A model generated the notes under the pieces. The model worked only from the letters and a program-made list of their open reading frames with translations. It did no database searches and had not been told where the DNA came from. The position numbers and the translations under genes were made by a program. From Arenicellales bacterium (GTDB lineage: Bacteria > Pseudomonadota > Gammaproteobacteria > Arenicellales > Poriferihabitantaceae), in NCBI GenBank assembly GCA_965116595.1, contig OZ220708.1:1142875-1206874 (forward strand): DNA of 64,000 nt, written 5' to 3'. Positions 18,332-28,857 of the stretch are shown here, piece by piece (position 1 is the stretch's first letter; the number at the start of each line of letters is the position of its first letter).

Positions 18332-19141
18332 ATGACTCCTGATCCTGATCTTACGGAATATCATATTCCGGACGAGCCATTCTATTCCCCCCAGAGAAAC
18401 GAGGTGGAGTTGTTTGAAGCTGCCTGTAAAAATGGTATCCCGGTATTACTGAAAGGCCCGACAGGATGCGGCAAGACCCGATTCATGGAACACATGGCAT
18501 GGAAATTGAAACGTCCCTTGATTACCGTTTCATGTCATGATGATCTGACCGCTTCGGACCTGGTCGGTCGATATCTGATCGTAGGCGGTGAGACGCGATG
18601 GTCAGACGGCCCCCTGACCCGGGCAGTCCGCGGTGGCGGAATCTGCTATCTCGATGAAATCGTTGAAGCGCGCAAGGATACTACCGTCGTCATCCATCCG
18701 CTGGCGGATGATCGCAGAATTCTGCCGATAGAAAAAACCGGCGAACTTCTGGTCGCCTCCGATCGATTTTGTCTGTCGATATCGTATAACCCTGGCTACC
18801 AGAGCGTACTCAAAGATCTGAAACAAAGCACCCGACAACGTTTTATTTCGATTGAATTCAATTATCCCGCGGCCAGACTTGAAACCGATATTATCGTACA
18901 GGAATCCGGCCTCGACAGACAATTGGCAACTCGTCTGGTGAAGTATGCAGGAATGACCCGAAACCTCAAAGGCAGTGGCCTGGAAGAAGGGGCAAGTACT
19001 CGATTACTGGTACATGCAGCAAAGTTGATGGTTAGTGGTATCAGCCCAAAAGATGCCTGTCGCGGTGCGATATCGGAAACCCTCAGTGACGATCCGGACA
19101 TGCTAAAGGCTGTGAGTGAACTCAGCGCTTCACTGTTTTAA
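18332..19141 (+). CDS. CbbQ/NirQ/NorQ/GpvN-family MoxR-type AAA+ ATPase
   Basis: 269-aa ORF with Walker A LLKGPTGCGKT and Walker B ICYLDEIVEA. The length and the C-terminal EGASTRLLV string are typical of CbbQ/NorQ. Confidence 0.85.
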   Translation: MTPDPDLTEYHIPDEPFYSPQRNEVELFEAACKNGIPVLLKGPTGCGKTRFMEHMAWKLKRPLITVSCHDDLTASDLVGRYLIVGGETRWSDGPLTRAVRGGGICYLDEIVEARKDTTVVIHPLADDRRILPIEKTGELLVASDRFCLSISYNPGYQSVLKDLKQSTRQRFISIEFNYPAARLETDIIVQESGLDRQLATRLVKYAGMTRNLKGSGLEEGASTRLLVHAAKLMVSGISPKDACRGAISETLSDDPDMLKAVSELSASLF

Positions 19142-19189
19142 TGCTGTTTCTGAACGAAATTACCCGTCCCGCTGCACAGAAATACAACC

Positions 19190-19846
19190 ATGTCGATAGA
19201 TAGTCAGAAACAACTGTCCGCCAGCGCCGCACTTGAATACATTCAGATGGGAGATGTCGTCGGTGTCGGCACAGGCTCCACCGTGAACTTCTTTATCGAT
19301 GCCCTGGCGTTGATCAAGAACAAAGTCGATGGAGCTGTAGCAAGCTCTGAAGCGACCGCCGACAGATTGCGCACTCACCGCATACCAGTACTGGATCTGG
19401 GTCAGGTCGGCACATTGCCGGTCTATGTGGACGGGGCCGATGAGGCAACCCGGCATCTACATCTGATAAAGGGTGGCGGCGGAGCGCTCACCCGGGAAAA
19501 GATTGTTGCCCAGGCATCGGAAAAGTTTGTTTGCATCGCAGACCAAAACAAGCTGGTTGACCGGCTGGGTGCGTTTCCATTGCCAATCGAAGTAATACCG
19601 ATGGCGCAAAGCATGGTCGCCCGCAAGATGGTCAGTTTTGGTGGACAGCCCGTGTTGCGCACCGGCTTCATCACTGACAATGGCAATATCATACTGGATA
19701 TAAGAAATCTGGATATCGAAAACCCGGTGGACATGGAAAGGCGAATAAATCAGATTCCAGGCGTGGTCACCGTCGGCCTGTTCGCACTGCGTGGCGCCGA
19801 TGTGTTGTTATTGGGAACCGATTCGGGCATTCTGACGTTCGAATGA
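19190..19846 (+). CDS. rpiA: ribose-5-phosphate isomerase A
   Basis: 218-aa ORF with [20 protein letters not shown] and [13 protein letters not shown] motifs matching RpiA. Confidence 0.9.
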   Translation: MSIDSQKQLSASAALEYIQMGDVVGVGTGSTVNFFIDALALIKNKVDGAVASSEATADRLRTHRIPVLDLGQVGTLPVYVDGADEATRHLHLIKGGGGALTREKIVAQASEKFVCIADQNKLVDRLGAFPLPIEVIPMAQSMVARKMVSFGGQPVLRTGFITDNGNIILDIRNLDIENPVDMERRINQIPGVVTVGLFALRGADVLLLGTDSGILTFE

Positions 19847-21306
19847 ATTTTTTTATTTCCCTGCTGAAGTTTGCAAACAGTGCATTGCTGGCTGGCCTGC
19901 TGGCGATTTCAGTTGCGTTGACAGGGCCGATAACCCTGGCGGATGAACTGCCTGAATTGGGCGACAGCGCGACACAATATCTCAATCCCCGTCAGGAGAA
20001 GCAGATCGGACAGGCGTTCCTGCGTCGTTTGATCAATAGCCCCTCGTTTCTCGCTGATTATGAATTACAACATTATCTGCAAACCCTGGGGGACAGCATT
20101 GGACAACACGCTGATCTTCTCGGGACCAGACTCACCTTCAACCTGGTCAAGGACAATGATCTGAACGCATTTGCTGTGCCAGGTGGCTACATTACTTTCT
20201 ATACCGGGCTGGTTTTATCGACCGATGACGAAAGTGAGCTGGCCTCAGTGCTGGCGCACGAAATCGCTCACCTGACCCAACGACATTTACCCAAGCTTAT
20301 TGCCAGAGCCAACCAGAACAAACTTCCAGCATTGGCAGCGATTCTCGGCTCGATACTGATCGGCGGGCAGGCAGGTGCAACAGGAGTCACCCTGACCGGC
20401 GCCGCGATTGCATCCGACAAATTAGCTTTTACCCGGGATTTTGAGAGAGAGGCTGACTCGATTGGTATCAGGCTGTTGGCTGAATCCGGTTTTGACCCGA
20501 ATTCGATGGTCACATTTTTTGGGAAACTGGAACAACATAACAGCCATAGCAGTACCGGCGTACCGGAGTTTCTGCGCACCCACCCGCTGTCTTTCGCCCG
20601 AATCGCTGAATCTGAAGTTCGCGCACAGAGCTATCCCGAACAAAAACATGTCAGCAGTTTTGAATATTTTCTGGCAAAGGCCCGTATCCGGGCGCTTTAT
20701 GTAGAACGTCAAAAAGACTCCATACCTTATTTTCTGGATCAGATCGAATCAGGTTCAGCTGAGATTAAAGACGCAGCGAAATACGGCATCGCGATTGCAT
20801 ATACACAAAACCGCAAATTTGATAAAGCCCGGGAATTTCTGGCCGGGTTACTCTCCAGGTACCCGGAACACCCCTGGATTCAATCTGCCTGGGCCGAACT
20901 CAGTATTTTGGATAATCAGGTAGAGGAAGGCATTGAGGGATACCTCGACACGATTGAGCGCCACCCCGACCAGCGCTATCTCAGTTATCGGCTGGCAGAA
21001 GCGTACCTGTTCAACAACCAGCCCTCTCTTGCGAAAAAGGTTTTGCGCTATCAGATCAGAAGACATAGAGATGACTACAAGTTGTATCAATTATTGTCCA
21101 AAGCCAATGGCGGTCTCGGTAATATTGCAGAGGCCCACCAGGCAAACGCGGAATATTTTGCAATATTGGGGAATTACAAAAAAGCCATCACTTCAATTGA
21201 ACTGGCCTTGAAGGAATCCGGTACTGAAGGATACCTGGGACAGAGTCTGGCTGCGCGACTCAAGGAACTGAAAGAGAAACTCGCACTGCAGAAAAAAATC
21301 GGGTGA
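19843..21306 (+). CDS. bepA: M48-family periplasmic metalloprotease with TPR domain (BepA/YfgC-like)
   Basis: 487-aa ORF with an N-terminal signal peptide, the zinc motif [10 protein letters not shown] and a TPR-like C-terminal half. Its start overlaps the rpiA stop (ATGA). Confidence 0.8.
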   Translation: MNFFISLLKFANSALLAGLLAISVALTGPITLADELPELGDSATQYLNPRQEKQIGQAFLRRLINSPSFLADYELQHYLQTLGDSIGQHADLLGTRLTFNLVKDNDLNAFAVPGGYITFYTGLVLSTDDESELASVLAHEIAHLTQRHLPKLIARANQNKLPALAAILGSILIGGQAGATGVTLTGAAIASDKLAFTRDFEREADSIGIRLLAESGFDPNSMVTFFGKLEQHNSHSSTGVPEFLRTHPLSFARIAESEVRAQSYPEQKHVSSFEYFLAKARIRALYVERQKDSIPYFLDQIESGSAEIKDAAKYGIAIAYTQNRKFDKAREFLAGLLSRYPEHPWIQSAWAELSILDNQVEEGIEGYLDTIERHPDQRYLSYRLAEAYLFNNQPSLAKKVLRYQIRRHRDDYKLYQLLSKANGGLGNIAEAHQANAEYFAILGNYKKAITSIELALKESGTEGYLGQSLAARLKELKEKLALQKKIG

Positions 21307-21344
21307 TACGGATCAGCGCATACGTCCTCGGATGTTTTGTGATA

Positions 21345-22933
21345 CTACTGTAGTGTAGCAAGCGACTCGCCGAAAGTTATGAAATCTTCGCGGTCACTGA
21401 AGATTTCCAGAAGTTTTTGGCTGTCACCATTACACGCGAATGAAGCGGCCAGAAGTCGGCTCGGTGTTAAATATCTTTGACGCTCCAGCCAATCCCGGGA
21501 CACCGGACACAAATTGTGTTCGTTCAGCAAGCTTAACGCGACACCATATCGATCCAGCGTCCAGAATCTTCTGTTCTCGTTCCTTGGCATCGTCCTGGAC
21601 AGCCAGGCGCCATGATCACCTGAAACAATGAATATGGATTCAGGGAATTTCAACCGTAATTCATTCAGGCGCTCCAATGCATTCTGTACTCGTTCTGATT
21701 CGATAGAGAGCGTTGACTTGTATTCCTCAAAATCTGCTGCATTCCCGGTCACATAACTCAACTTCGTATGACCGGGAATAAGAATATAGAAACCGGAAAA
21801 TACAGGGGTTTTTGCGCGAGTTTCCGCTTTTTCGATTATATCAAATACCCGTTCTTCCCATATTTCATCTCCTTTAGCTTTCTCATATCCCAACTCATTA
21901 ATCTTCCGAAAGATGAATTGAAATCGTTCATTGCACAAGCCTAGAAGTTTCTCCCTGCAGATAGCGATATCGCGGAATCTTAAAGTATAAATATGCTGTA
22001 GATGATAGTGATCAACATGTGGTCCTTTTTGTCCCAAATAGCCATTCGCATACCCGGTTTGAATCATGTAACCGTTTTTTCGCAAAAGAGAGGACAACGG
22101 GCTTTGAAAAACACCCGAAAAATAGAGTGATCTGCTGGATTTCTCAGACCCTATGACGCCAAATCCAAACAAAGCGTCCCATGATTGTATGGTTGGAACG
22201 CTCTCTACAAAACCGGTTTTGCCGGCATAAATCGAATCGTCCAACTTCTCCAGGTAGTCTGCCCCTGAACTTCTTTCACCCAGAAACTCTTCGGAAAATT
22301 CTGAATTTATAAGTGAATCGAACATGACGACATGGATGTTGGGCGTGCGGTCAAGCGCAATATCCGCAACATCCATGTTTGGATGCAGGGTTGCCGAAGA
22401 TTGTTTCCACAGCATGAGGTCTGCGTGGCCAAAAAACGAAACATGTAGATAGGGCCAGCATACTGACTGTGACCCCGGCAATATTCGACTGACAGACCCG
22501 GTAATACACCGCAATTACGAATGGGAATGCAATAATGAAAAACACATACAGCTCATCCAGTTCAAGTTGAAGGGACGCACCCCATAACCAGAAAAACGGG
22601 AAGGTAACGACCGCGAGAACCCTGAATTTAAACCGGGTCAGACCCCTTATGTTTCTCAATCCACAAAAATAACAAAAGCACAGCAGCCAAACCTGTAAAC
22701 CAGGCCGAGAAAAACAAAATTTCATATACGAAAAACGAATTCCCTACCTTCCAAAACCCGAACGATAACAAGTTGGAAACCAGATAGACTTGCAGAAGCA
22801 ACCAGGACAATACGAGATTTCGATTGTTGTCCAGGCGCGCTCCGAACAATCGCGCCATTACTGACTTGCTGTTTCGCCAGAGGCTCTCACCGCTCATAGG
22901 CATAGATGACCCTTGAACTGGATTGCATTGCAT
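21345..22933 (-). pseudogene. membrane-anchored alkaline-phosphatase/sulfatase-superfamily gene (LtaS/EptA-like architecture) split over three reading frames
   Basis: Three mutually overlapping minus-strand ORFs lie in three different frames: 22628..22933, 22351..22725 and 21345..22514 (TTG start). The first two encode about 5 TM helices. The third encodes a soluble domain with PNIHVVMFDSL near its start and IFIVSGDHGAWLS. Candidate frame junctions fall at a C4 run (22643-22646) and an A6 run (22431-22436). Confidence 0.45.
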
Positions 22934-24053
22934 GGATAGCTACATGTTTGTTGATATCCTGCAAAATTCGCTCCAGATTCGCTTGCTCGTAATCAACAAA
23001 AATATCTTCCCGGTCACGCAGCAACCCTTTAACCATCGGGTCTGATTTCGGAACAAATTCGATTAACCCCTTTGGCGCGAGCCCACAAACCCAGCGTAAG
23101 AAAAATTCAATCGGTATGTTTCTGCCAATCACGATATGATGAATCAGCGCAAAGCAGAAAAGTCCGCCTGGTGACCTGAGCCGCTGTTCCAGCGTCAATC
23201 TTTCTCTGTGCATCCAACCCATATCGGGTGACGGGTTAGTAATATCGAAGTACAGAATCTGGATCGGCAAAGAGTTCTCTCGTGCATCCTTAAAGGCGAT
23301 GTCTATGGCGCCGCAATCAACGTCCGTACCGATTACCCGCTGTGCACCGGCGTCTACTGCCACCCTGGAGTATTCACCGGTATTGCAGCCCAGGTCCAGA
23401 ACCTCCCGGATATCGTTTTCCATGATGAACTCGCGTGCAATACGTGTTTTGTCTGCCTGGGAAGAGTCACTGTAACTGTTGCAACCCGAATACTGCTGCC
23501 AGTAGGACTGTCGCTTGCGTTGCAGTTTTGTAATGAATCGCCTCAAGCTATCAAAGAGCGCAATCAGGTTCCGCCGTGGAACCGGACGATGGCGCTTGCG
23601 TTTGACAACGGATGTCGTTGCCCGTACTTTCTGCATGGCCCATGCCTGCAAGTGAAGATGCATCAGTACCTGCATTCGAAAACGGGTAGTGGCAGGCAGC
23701 GCTTTGGATACTTCAACTAAATCCAGGCCTTCAAGCCGACCCCTGAACCAGGTGTTGTAATCAATGCCCGCATAGGCCGAAAGGCACAACGGAGCCAGAA
23801 AATGTTCGCAGAATTGTTTATACCCGATAAACGGCTCTCCTTCCTTGTATTCAGTAAAGGAAAGGACATCAATGAAAATCGGTTTGGTATTTATGAATTG
23901 CACATTGAACGCTGACGCATCCTTTAGTGTATAGCCGCACTTCAAGCCATCAATGAGCAGGCTCAATGTTAAGCGACCCGCTTCCTTCAGAGATTCGAAT
24001 GACCATTCATAGGGATACGTAATGAGTGGAATCCGCGAATGTTCCACCCACAT
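22887..24053 (-). CDS. class I SAM-dependent methyltransferase with N-terminal PYEWSF-type domain; 5' end probably disrupted
   Basis: 388-aa ORF with the SAM motif VLDLGCNTGEYS...GTDVD and the N-terminal string ITYPYEWSFESLKEAG. The expected extreme N-terminus (MSRDYGSFRDPDGHVF...) is encoded at 24285 downward, but in other frames. See the islet finding. Confidence 0.75.
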   Translation of the reverse strand: MWVEHSRIPLITYPYEWSFESLKEAGRLTLSLLIDGLKCGYTLKDASAFNVQFINTKPIFIDVLSFTEYKEGEPFIGYKQFCEHFLAPLCLSAYAGIDYNTWFRGRLEGLDLVEVSKALPATTRFRMQVLMHLHLQAWAMQKVRATTSVVKRKRHRPVPRRNLIALFDSLRRFITKLQRKRQSYWQQYSGCNSYSDSSQADKTRIAREFIMENDIREVLDLGCNTGEYSRVAVDAGAQRVIGTDVDCGAIDIAFKDARENSLPIQILYFDITNPSPDMGWMHRERLTLEQRLRSPGGLFCFALIHHIVIGRNIPIEFFLRWVCGLAPKGLIEFVPKSDPMVKGLLRDREDIFVDYEQANLERILQDINKHVAIHAMQSSSRVIYAYER

Positions 24054-24294
24054 TTCCCGAAGGAATTGACATCGTCAATGGAAATTCCAGCAGAAACCGC
24101 CTCTTGAGAGGGGATTTCTGTTGTTTCTACAATTTGCGATCCTGCACGTTTTTTATAAAAATCGGAGTGTATAAACCTGCGGACACGTGAGGCGGCGCCA
24201 CTTGAAATTCCTCTGAAAAGATTCGATCTGAAGCAAAAAATACATGTCCATCGGGATCACGAAACGATCCGTAATCTCTACTCATCTTCAGCTT

Positions 24295-24537
24295 TTATCT
24301 GATCATCCTTCCAGTCTGTGCGTTCTTCTCACTCTTGTCTTTTTTCTTTATACCGAAAATTCCAAGTAATCTATAATACCAGTGTCTCCAGAAAAGCGCA
24401 GCGCCAGCAATTGCCGCGACGATAGATTGGAGCACAAGACTCACGGAACCCGGGTCAAGATACGCATGCGCGGAAGTACTGAAAAAAGATAATAGCAGGA
24501 CCGGTAAAAAGATTGAGAATCGTGTTTTGTATGTCAT
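24295..24537 (-). CDS. small membrane protein (signal/anchor helix + second TM helix), unknown function
   Basis: 80-aa ORF. It has an N-terminal hydrophobic segment ending in SAHA-YLDPGS, a second hydrophobic helix and a Lys-rich tail. It ends 9 nt upstream of the methyltransferase 5' remnant. Confidence 0.5.
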   Translation of the reverse strand: MTYKTRFSIFLPVLLLSFFSTSAHAYLDPGSVSLVLQSIVAAIAGAALFWRHWYYRLLGIFGIKKKDKSEKNAQTGRMIR

Positions 24538-24651
24538 TGTCCGAGTTTGAGCGCCTTCATTGATGGATTGGGATTATAAGCCGGGATGATATAAAAAAAC
24601 AGAAAAGGTCGGCAATCCTCATATTTACCAACCCCCTCAAGCTGCGTTTGT

Positions 24652-25812
24652 TCAGCGCATACGCCCTGGAATATATCGACAATACCAGGCCGCAACAAGC
24701 ATCCATACAGAGGCGCCCAAAAACACGACAGGCAGCGCAAACACTTTCAGCAAAACAGCATAGATTCCGGGCGTTGCCAGTTGAGATAAATCCCGGTAAG
24801 TCAAAAAGACGGCTGCCATTTCGGATTGTTCCCTTCCGTGCACCGCACGAAAAAACAGGATATTGCCCATGCCGTCAAGCATGGTCGCGCCGAAGGCGCT
24901 GATCACCAGTAACACCGAAGCAACCGCAGGAGTCGAAGTGAAACCATATACCAGAAGGGTCAGCATACTGGTGGTGACGAAACCTGCGACCAACAGCTTC
25001 CTGACACCATATCTCCGCCCCACCCATCCCCAGAAAGGAACAGTCAGAGTCCAGGCTGTGCCGATCGATACGATAGCGGCGCCCGCCAGTTCTCCAAGAC
25101 CCGCTTCAACCGCATAGATCGGCACATAAATGACAAACATGGTCCACCAGCAGGAACGCGCCATGGTCAGACCGTAAGCCAGTCTTAATCGGGGCTGATC
25201 GATGAACCGCTTCAGGAACTGAAGCGGGCTGACATCCCGGGAGCCCGATTTCCTGATTTCAACCAGGTGCAGACCCAGCATCCGGAAATAGATAACCCCG
25301 AGAACCGCAAACACGGCGCTGAAAATAAAAGGAGCGCTATGCGCCAGGCGCTGCTCCATGAAAACCCCGAGAACCGGCCCGATGGTCAATGCGAGAATGC
25401 TGGCAAACATCCGCAATGGCTCAAACCGGGTCAGTTCACGACGGGGAATCCGCGCCAGCACATATAATGTGAACGTGATTTCTATCCAGACAACCGAGGC
25501 CACATGGAAGAGCAGCCCGGCGACAAACAGAACCGGTTCTTCAAACGACAGTAATACCGACGATACGAACATCGCCGCGCTGCCACACAGGAAAGATTGA
25601 TAAGTCCCGATTTTCGAAATGATCTTCGGTAACCCCAATGCGGTCAGGATGCCCGCAATGCTGACTATGAAAAACAGGGTACTGGTACGCTGGGCATTCT
25701 CCATAATGACCAGCGCCTGTAGGGGAATCACCGAAAGCAGAATGCCTCGTGACAATGTCTGGACGAAGAACAGTCCCGCGAACTTTGTGTAATCACTGCC
25801 GATCAGGTTCAC
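24652..25812 (-). CDS. MFS-type transporter
   Basis: 386-aa ORF with about 11-12 hydrophobic helices and MFS-like loop motifs. Confidence 0.75.
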   Translation of the reverse strand: MNLIGSDYTKFAGLFFVQTLSRGILLSVIPLQALVIMENAQRTSTLFFIVSIAGILTALGLPKIISKIGTYQSFLCGSAAMFVSSVLLSFEEPVLFVAGLLFHVASVVWIEITFTLYVLARIPRRELTRFEPLRMFASILALTIGPVLGVFMEQRLAHSAPFIFSAVFAVLGVIYFRMLGLHLVEIRKSGSRDVSPLQFLKRFIDQPRLRLAYGLTMARSCWWTMFVIYVPIYAVEAGLGELAGAAIVSIGTAWTLTVPFWGWVGRRYGVRKLLVAGFVTTSMLTLLVYGFTSTPAVASVLLVISAFGATMLDGMGNILFFRAVHGREQSEMAAVFLTYRDLSQLATPGIYAVLLKVFALPVVFLGASVWMLVAAWYCRYIPGRMR

Positions 25813-25962
25813 CTCAGGGTCTCCTGCAGGCGAGAATTAACATGGCGAAGATCGCCGACCGGGTCTTACTTCAACATTTTTTTGTGTATATGTACAGTAG
25901 AAAGGCTGCTGCGCTGTCATGTCGGATTGCCATTCGACTCCATAGTTTCGTGTTTCCGCGGA

Positions 25963-27756
25963 TCATGTTGTCGGATCAGCAGCCTGAACGGGTATTCGGT
26001 GGCGTGAATCCGTATGCAGTTTTTCGCTGTCGGGATAAACACTGACACCGGGCACTGTCCCTTCCCTTAACTCCTGCTGGATTCCCTGCCAGTATTCGAC
26101 GGTAAAAAGTTGAGGATGCTGTTCTGCAAAAACCCTCCTCAAGTCCCGGTATGGCAGACACAGGCCGACCAGAATTTCTTCCGGAAGGAAGATAAAACCG
26201 TCCTCGAAATACCAGTCCGGAATATCTTCCTCTCCGTCCTCGCGACCCAGGTTGGTGCGAATCTTGACATCAACCAGGATTTCCAGCGCATCATAATCAA
26301 ACAGGTACACTTTTGAATAGCGCGAAACGCCATAATTTCTGGCATCAAGGTCTTTGTTGAAAATATTGGCCGCAGCGTTGTTCTTGATGCAATAGCCGAG
26401 GTTTCTGACCACGGTTTCAGCCTGTCTTCGGGTGGCGCTTTTCAGAAACACCGGCAGCGGTGTCAGCTTCATTTGCACAATCAGATATTTGAAAACCACT
26501 GCATCTTCTTGCGCGGTCACACTGTTGCCGGCAAATTCCAGCAGTTTGGACAGCATCGACGACTCAAACCAGAGTTTGTCAATGCGGAGGTTATAGTAGA
26601 TGATGGCATCCATCATACTGTCGGTACGATTGATGTCATGAACCCGGGAATACTTTTTCAGAACCGATTCAACACCCTCGAAATCACCCCATTTGTAATC
26701 TTTTGTCGGGGCATCACGAATCACCTTCAGGATATAAGTCGAATCGGGCGCGGTGAATGCAATCGCCACGGTACCCTCGGCGCCCACTGCATGATCCAGT
26801 TTCTGGCCGGTAGTTCTGAATTCATGTTCCAGTTCCTTCATAACCACCACCTTGCCAAGATGATTGTAGCCGATAGTCGTGTACTGCATTCCCAACGGAC
26901 GCATTGGCATGATGCTCTGTAAAAACAGGCACAACTCATGGTAATAGGTATTGGTCACATGAAAGTTCGCCAGCGTCGAACTGAACATATTATGTGCATA
27001 AGTTGAACTGGTAATCAGCGCATCGACATAAATACCTGCATCATCATTAAGCAGGGCGATAATGAAAGGGGCATACTTGCCATCACCAAATTCCACTCTT
27101 CCGACCAGATAGGCGCCGCGGTTTCTGTAGAACCCGGCGTTGAACATCTCGATACTGCGGACCGAGCGGGCGCCCGGCTCAAGCAGGCGATAATTCCGGG
27201 CCATTCGATCCAGAATCAGGGTGGCATCGCGGTCCAGGTCTTCATACTGTATCGGAAACGCTTCGAGATTCAGTATTTTCCTGATTGTGTCAATGCCCGG
27301 AATCCGGTCAACCGGATATCTGATGATGTATTTTCCGCGTACATCGTCGAGGGGTCGATTGCGCTGATGACCGGAATAATCCTCCGCCCGCCACTCACCG
27401 AGATAAATTTTTCTACGGACCGAATGGCAATAAGCCAGCGCCAGATCTTCAGTGTAGCGATCCTTTATCAGATCACGATAGGCTGACTCGACCAGATCCC
27501 AGTTTGTATCACAGCTCGATATGTCCGGCAGATTGACCTTGAAGTCGGCAGCCAGCTTATTCATGCTATCGCGATACAACTGTAATCGCTGCATGCTTAA
27601 TTTCAGTGACTCGGAATGATTTCTTTGCACGAAAGCCTGTTTTGATCGATCAGGCACACTCAAAAAGGTACTGTAAAACCGATCAAACTCCTTCAGCAGC
27701 AGCCGGGCCACTGCTTGTACACGCGCACTGTCCACGGTCAGGACATCGTCAACCAA
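25963..27756 (-). CDS. aceK: isocitrate dehydrogenase kinase/phosphatase
   Basis: 597-aa ORF collinear with E. coli AceK: N-terminal FDRFYSTF, ELFYRNRGAYLVGR-type string, AAANIFNKDLDARNYGVSRYSKVYLFDYD, FPEE, and the C-terminal YWQGIQQELREG. Confidence 0.9.
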   Translation of the reverse strand: MVDDVLTVDSARVQAVARLLLKEFDRFYSTFLSVPDRSKQAFVQRNHSESLKLSMQRLQLYRDSMNKLAADFKVNLPDISSCDTNWDLVESAYRDLIKDRYTEDLALAYCHSVRRKIYLGEWRAEDYSGHQRNRPLDDVRGKYIIRYPVDRIPGIDTIRKILNLEAFPIQYEDLDRDATLILDRMARNYRLLEPGARSVRSIEMFNAGFYRNRGAYLVGRVEFGDGKYAPFIIALLNDDAGIYVDALITSSTYAHNMFSSTLANFHVTNTYYHELCLFLQSIMPMRPLGMQYTTIGYNHLGKVVVMKELEHEFRTTGQKLDHAVGAEGTVAIAFTAPDSTYILKVIRDAPTKDYKWGDFEGVESVLKKYSRVHDINRTDSMMDAIIYYNLRIDKLWFESSMLSKLLEFAGNSVTAQEDAVVFKYLIVQMKLTPLPVFLKSATRRQAETVVRNLGYCIKNNAAANIFNKDLDARNYGVSRYSKVYLFDYDALEILVDVKIRTNLGREDGEEDIPDWYFEDGFIFLPEEILVGLCLPYRDLRRVFAEQHPQLFTVEYWQGIQQELREGTVPGVSVYPDSEKLHTDSRHRIPVQAADPTT

Positions 27757-27829
27757 ACAATTCTCTACTCATGATGATCCGCCTGTTGAAAGGGCTGTAC
27801 CTTTGCATGATTTTCGGATGGCGTTTCGA

Positions 27830-28822
27830 CTATTTACCGATTGCGTTGCCATCCTGAATGGTTTTATTCAACAGGCAGACGCAGGCATAGATTGATTTTA
27901 GGGCGGGAACCGGGGTCCGGGTGATTTCCGCCAGTTCGATCACGGCTCCGAGCATGCCATCAATCTCAAGTGGTTTGCCGGCTTCGACGTCCTGTAGCAT
28001 GGATGTCTTGTGTTTGCCGACTTTCTCAGCGCCTTCGATCCGCTTTTCCAGTGTTACCCTGAAACCGGCTCCTAGTTTTTCGGCAATCTCCTGTGCCTCC
28101 AGCATCATGGTTGCCGCCAGCTCACGGGTCAGCGGGAATCGGCAAATCCCTTCGAGTGTGCCATGAGTCAGCGCGCTGATGGGATTAAATGAAAGATTGC
28201 CCCATAACTTCAGCCAGATCTCTGAACGGATATCGGTCAGAACCGGGGATTTGAAACCGGCCTCGGTCAACATGTTTGAAACCCGGTTAGCGCGCTCCGA
28301 GTCCGAGCCATCCAGTTCACCGAGCGGGAAACGAATGCCTTCGACATGTTTTATTACACCGGGTTCGGAAATGGTCGCCGCCGGATAGGCAACACAGCCG
28401 AGAAGGGTTTGCGGATCGATTGCACTGGCCAGTGTCCCGTCCGGGTCCACCGTCTGTACGATCTGTCCGGCGTACCGTCCGGGCAAATTTTGAAAATACC
28501 ACCAGGGAATGCCGTTTTGCAACGTCACCATTACCGTCTCTTCGCCGAACAAATGGGGAAGTTTGTCTACAACCGCCGCAATCTGGTGAGACTTTAACGC
28601 CATCAGGACGATATCCTGCTCCGGCAGTTCGGCGATGTCATCGGTTGCGGTCAGGTCTTTGGCAACCAGCGTCTCATCTCCCTGTATCAATTTCAGGCCG
28701 TTGGCCCTGATTGCCTGCAGGTGAGGGCCACGAGCGATCAGCGACACCTGTTGTCCGGCATTGGCCAGACGGACACCCAAAAAACCGCCGATAGCGCCGG
28801 CGCCAACAACACATACTTTCAT
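27830..28822 (-). CDS. ketopantoate reductase (PanE/ApbA) family oxidoreductase; context suggests an oxalyl-CoA/glyoxylate-type reductase
   Basis: 330-aa ORF with the N-terminal motif MKVCVVGAGAIGGFLG and a C-terminal ApbA_C-like region (KTSMLQDVEAGKPLEID). Confidence 0.8.
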   Translation of the reverse strand: MKVCVVGAGAIGGFLGVRLANAGQQVSLIARGPHLQAIRANGLKLIQGDETLVAKDLTATDDIAELPEQDIVLMALKSHQIAAVVDKLPHLFGEETVMVTLQNGIPWWYFQNLPGRYAGQIVQTVDPDGTLASAIDPQTLLGCVAYPAATISEPGVIKHVEGIRFPLGELDGSDSERANRVSNMLTEAGFKSPVLTDIRSEIWLKLWGNLSFNPISALTHGTLEGICRFPLTRELAATMMLEAQEIAEKLGAGFRVTLEKRIEGAEKVGKHKTSMLQDVEAGKPLEIDGMLGAVIELAEITRTPVPALKSIYACVCLLNKTIQDGNAIGK

Positions 28823-28857
28823 TTTAATATGATTACCTGAATAAAATCGCGGCGATT

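Noticed and set aside
18332-19846. cbbQ-like gene plus rpiA as a hint of a Calvin-cycle/RuBisCO island.
   Set aside because: There is no RuBisCO, cbbO, prk or carboxysome gene in the window. rpiA is a housekeeping gene, and CbbQ-type ATPases also serve NOR/NIR and unknown clients.
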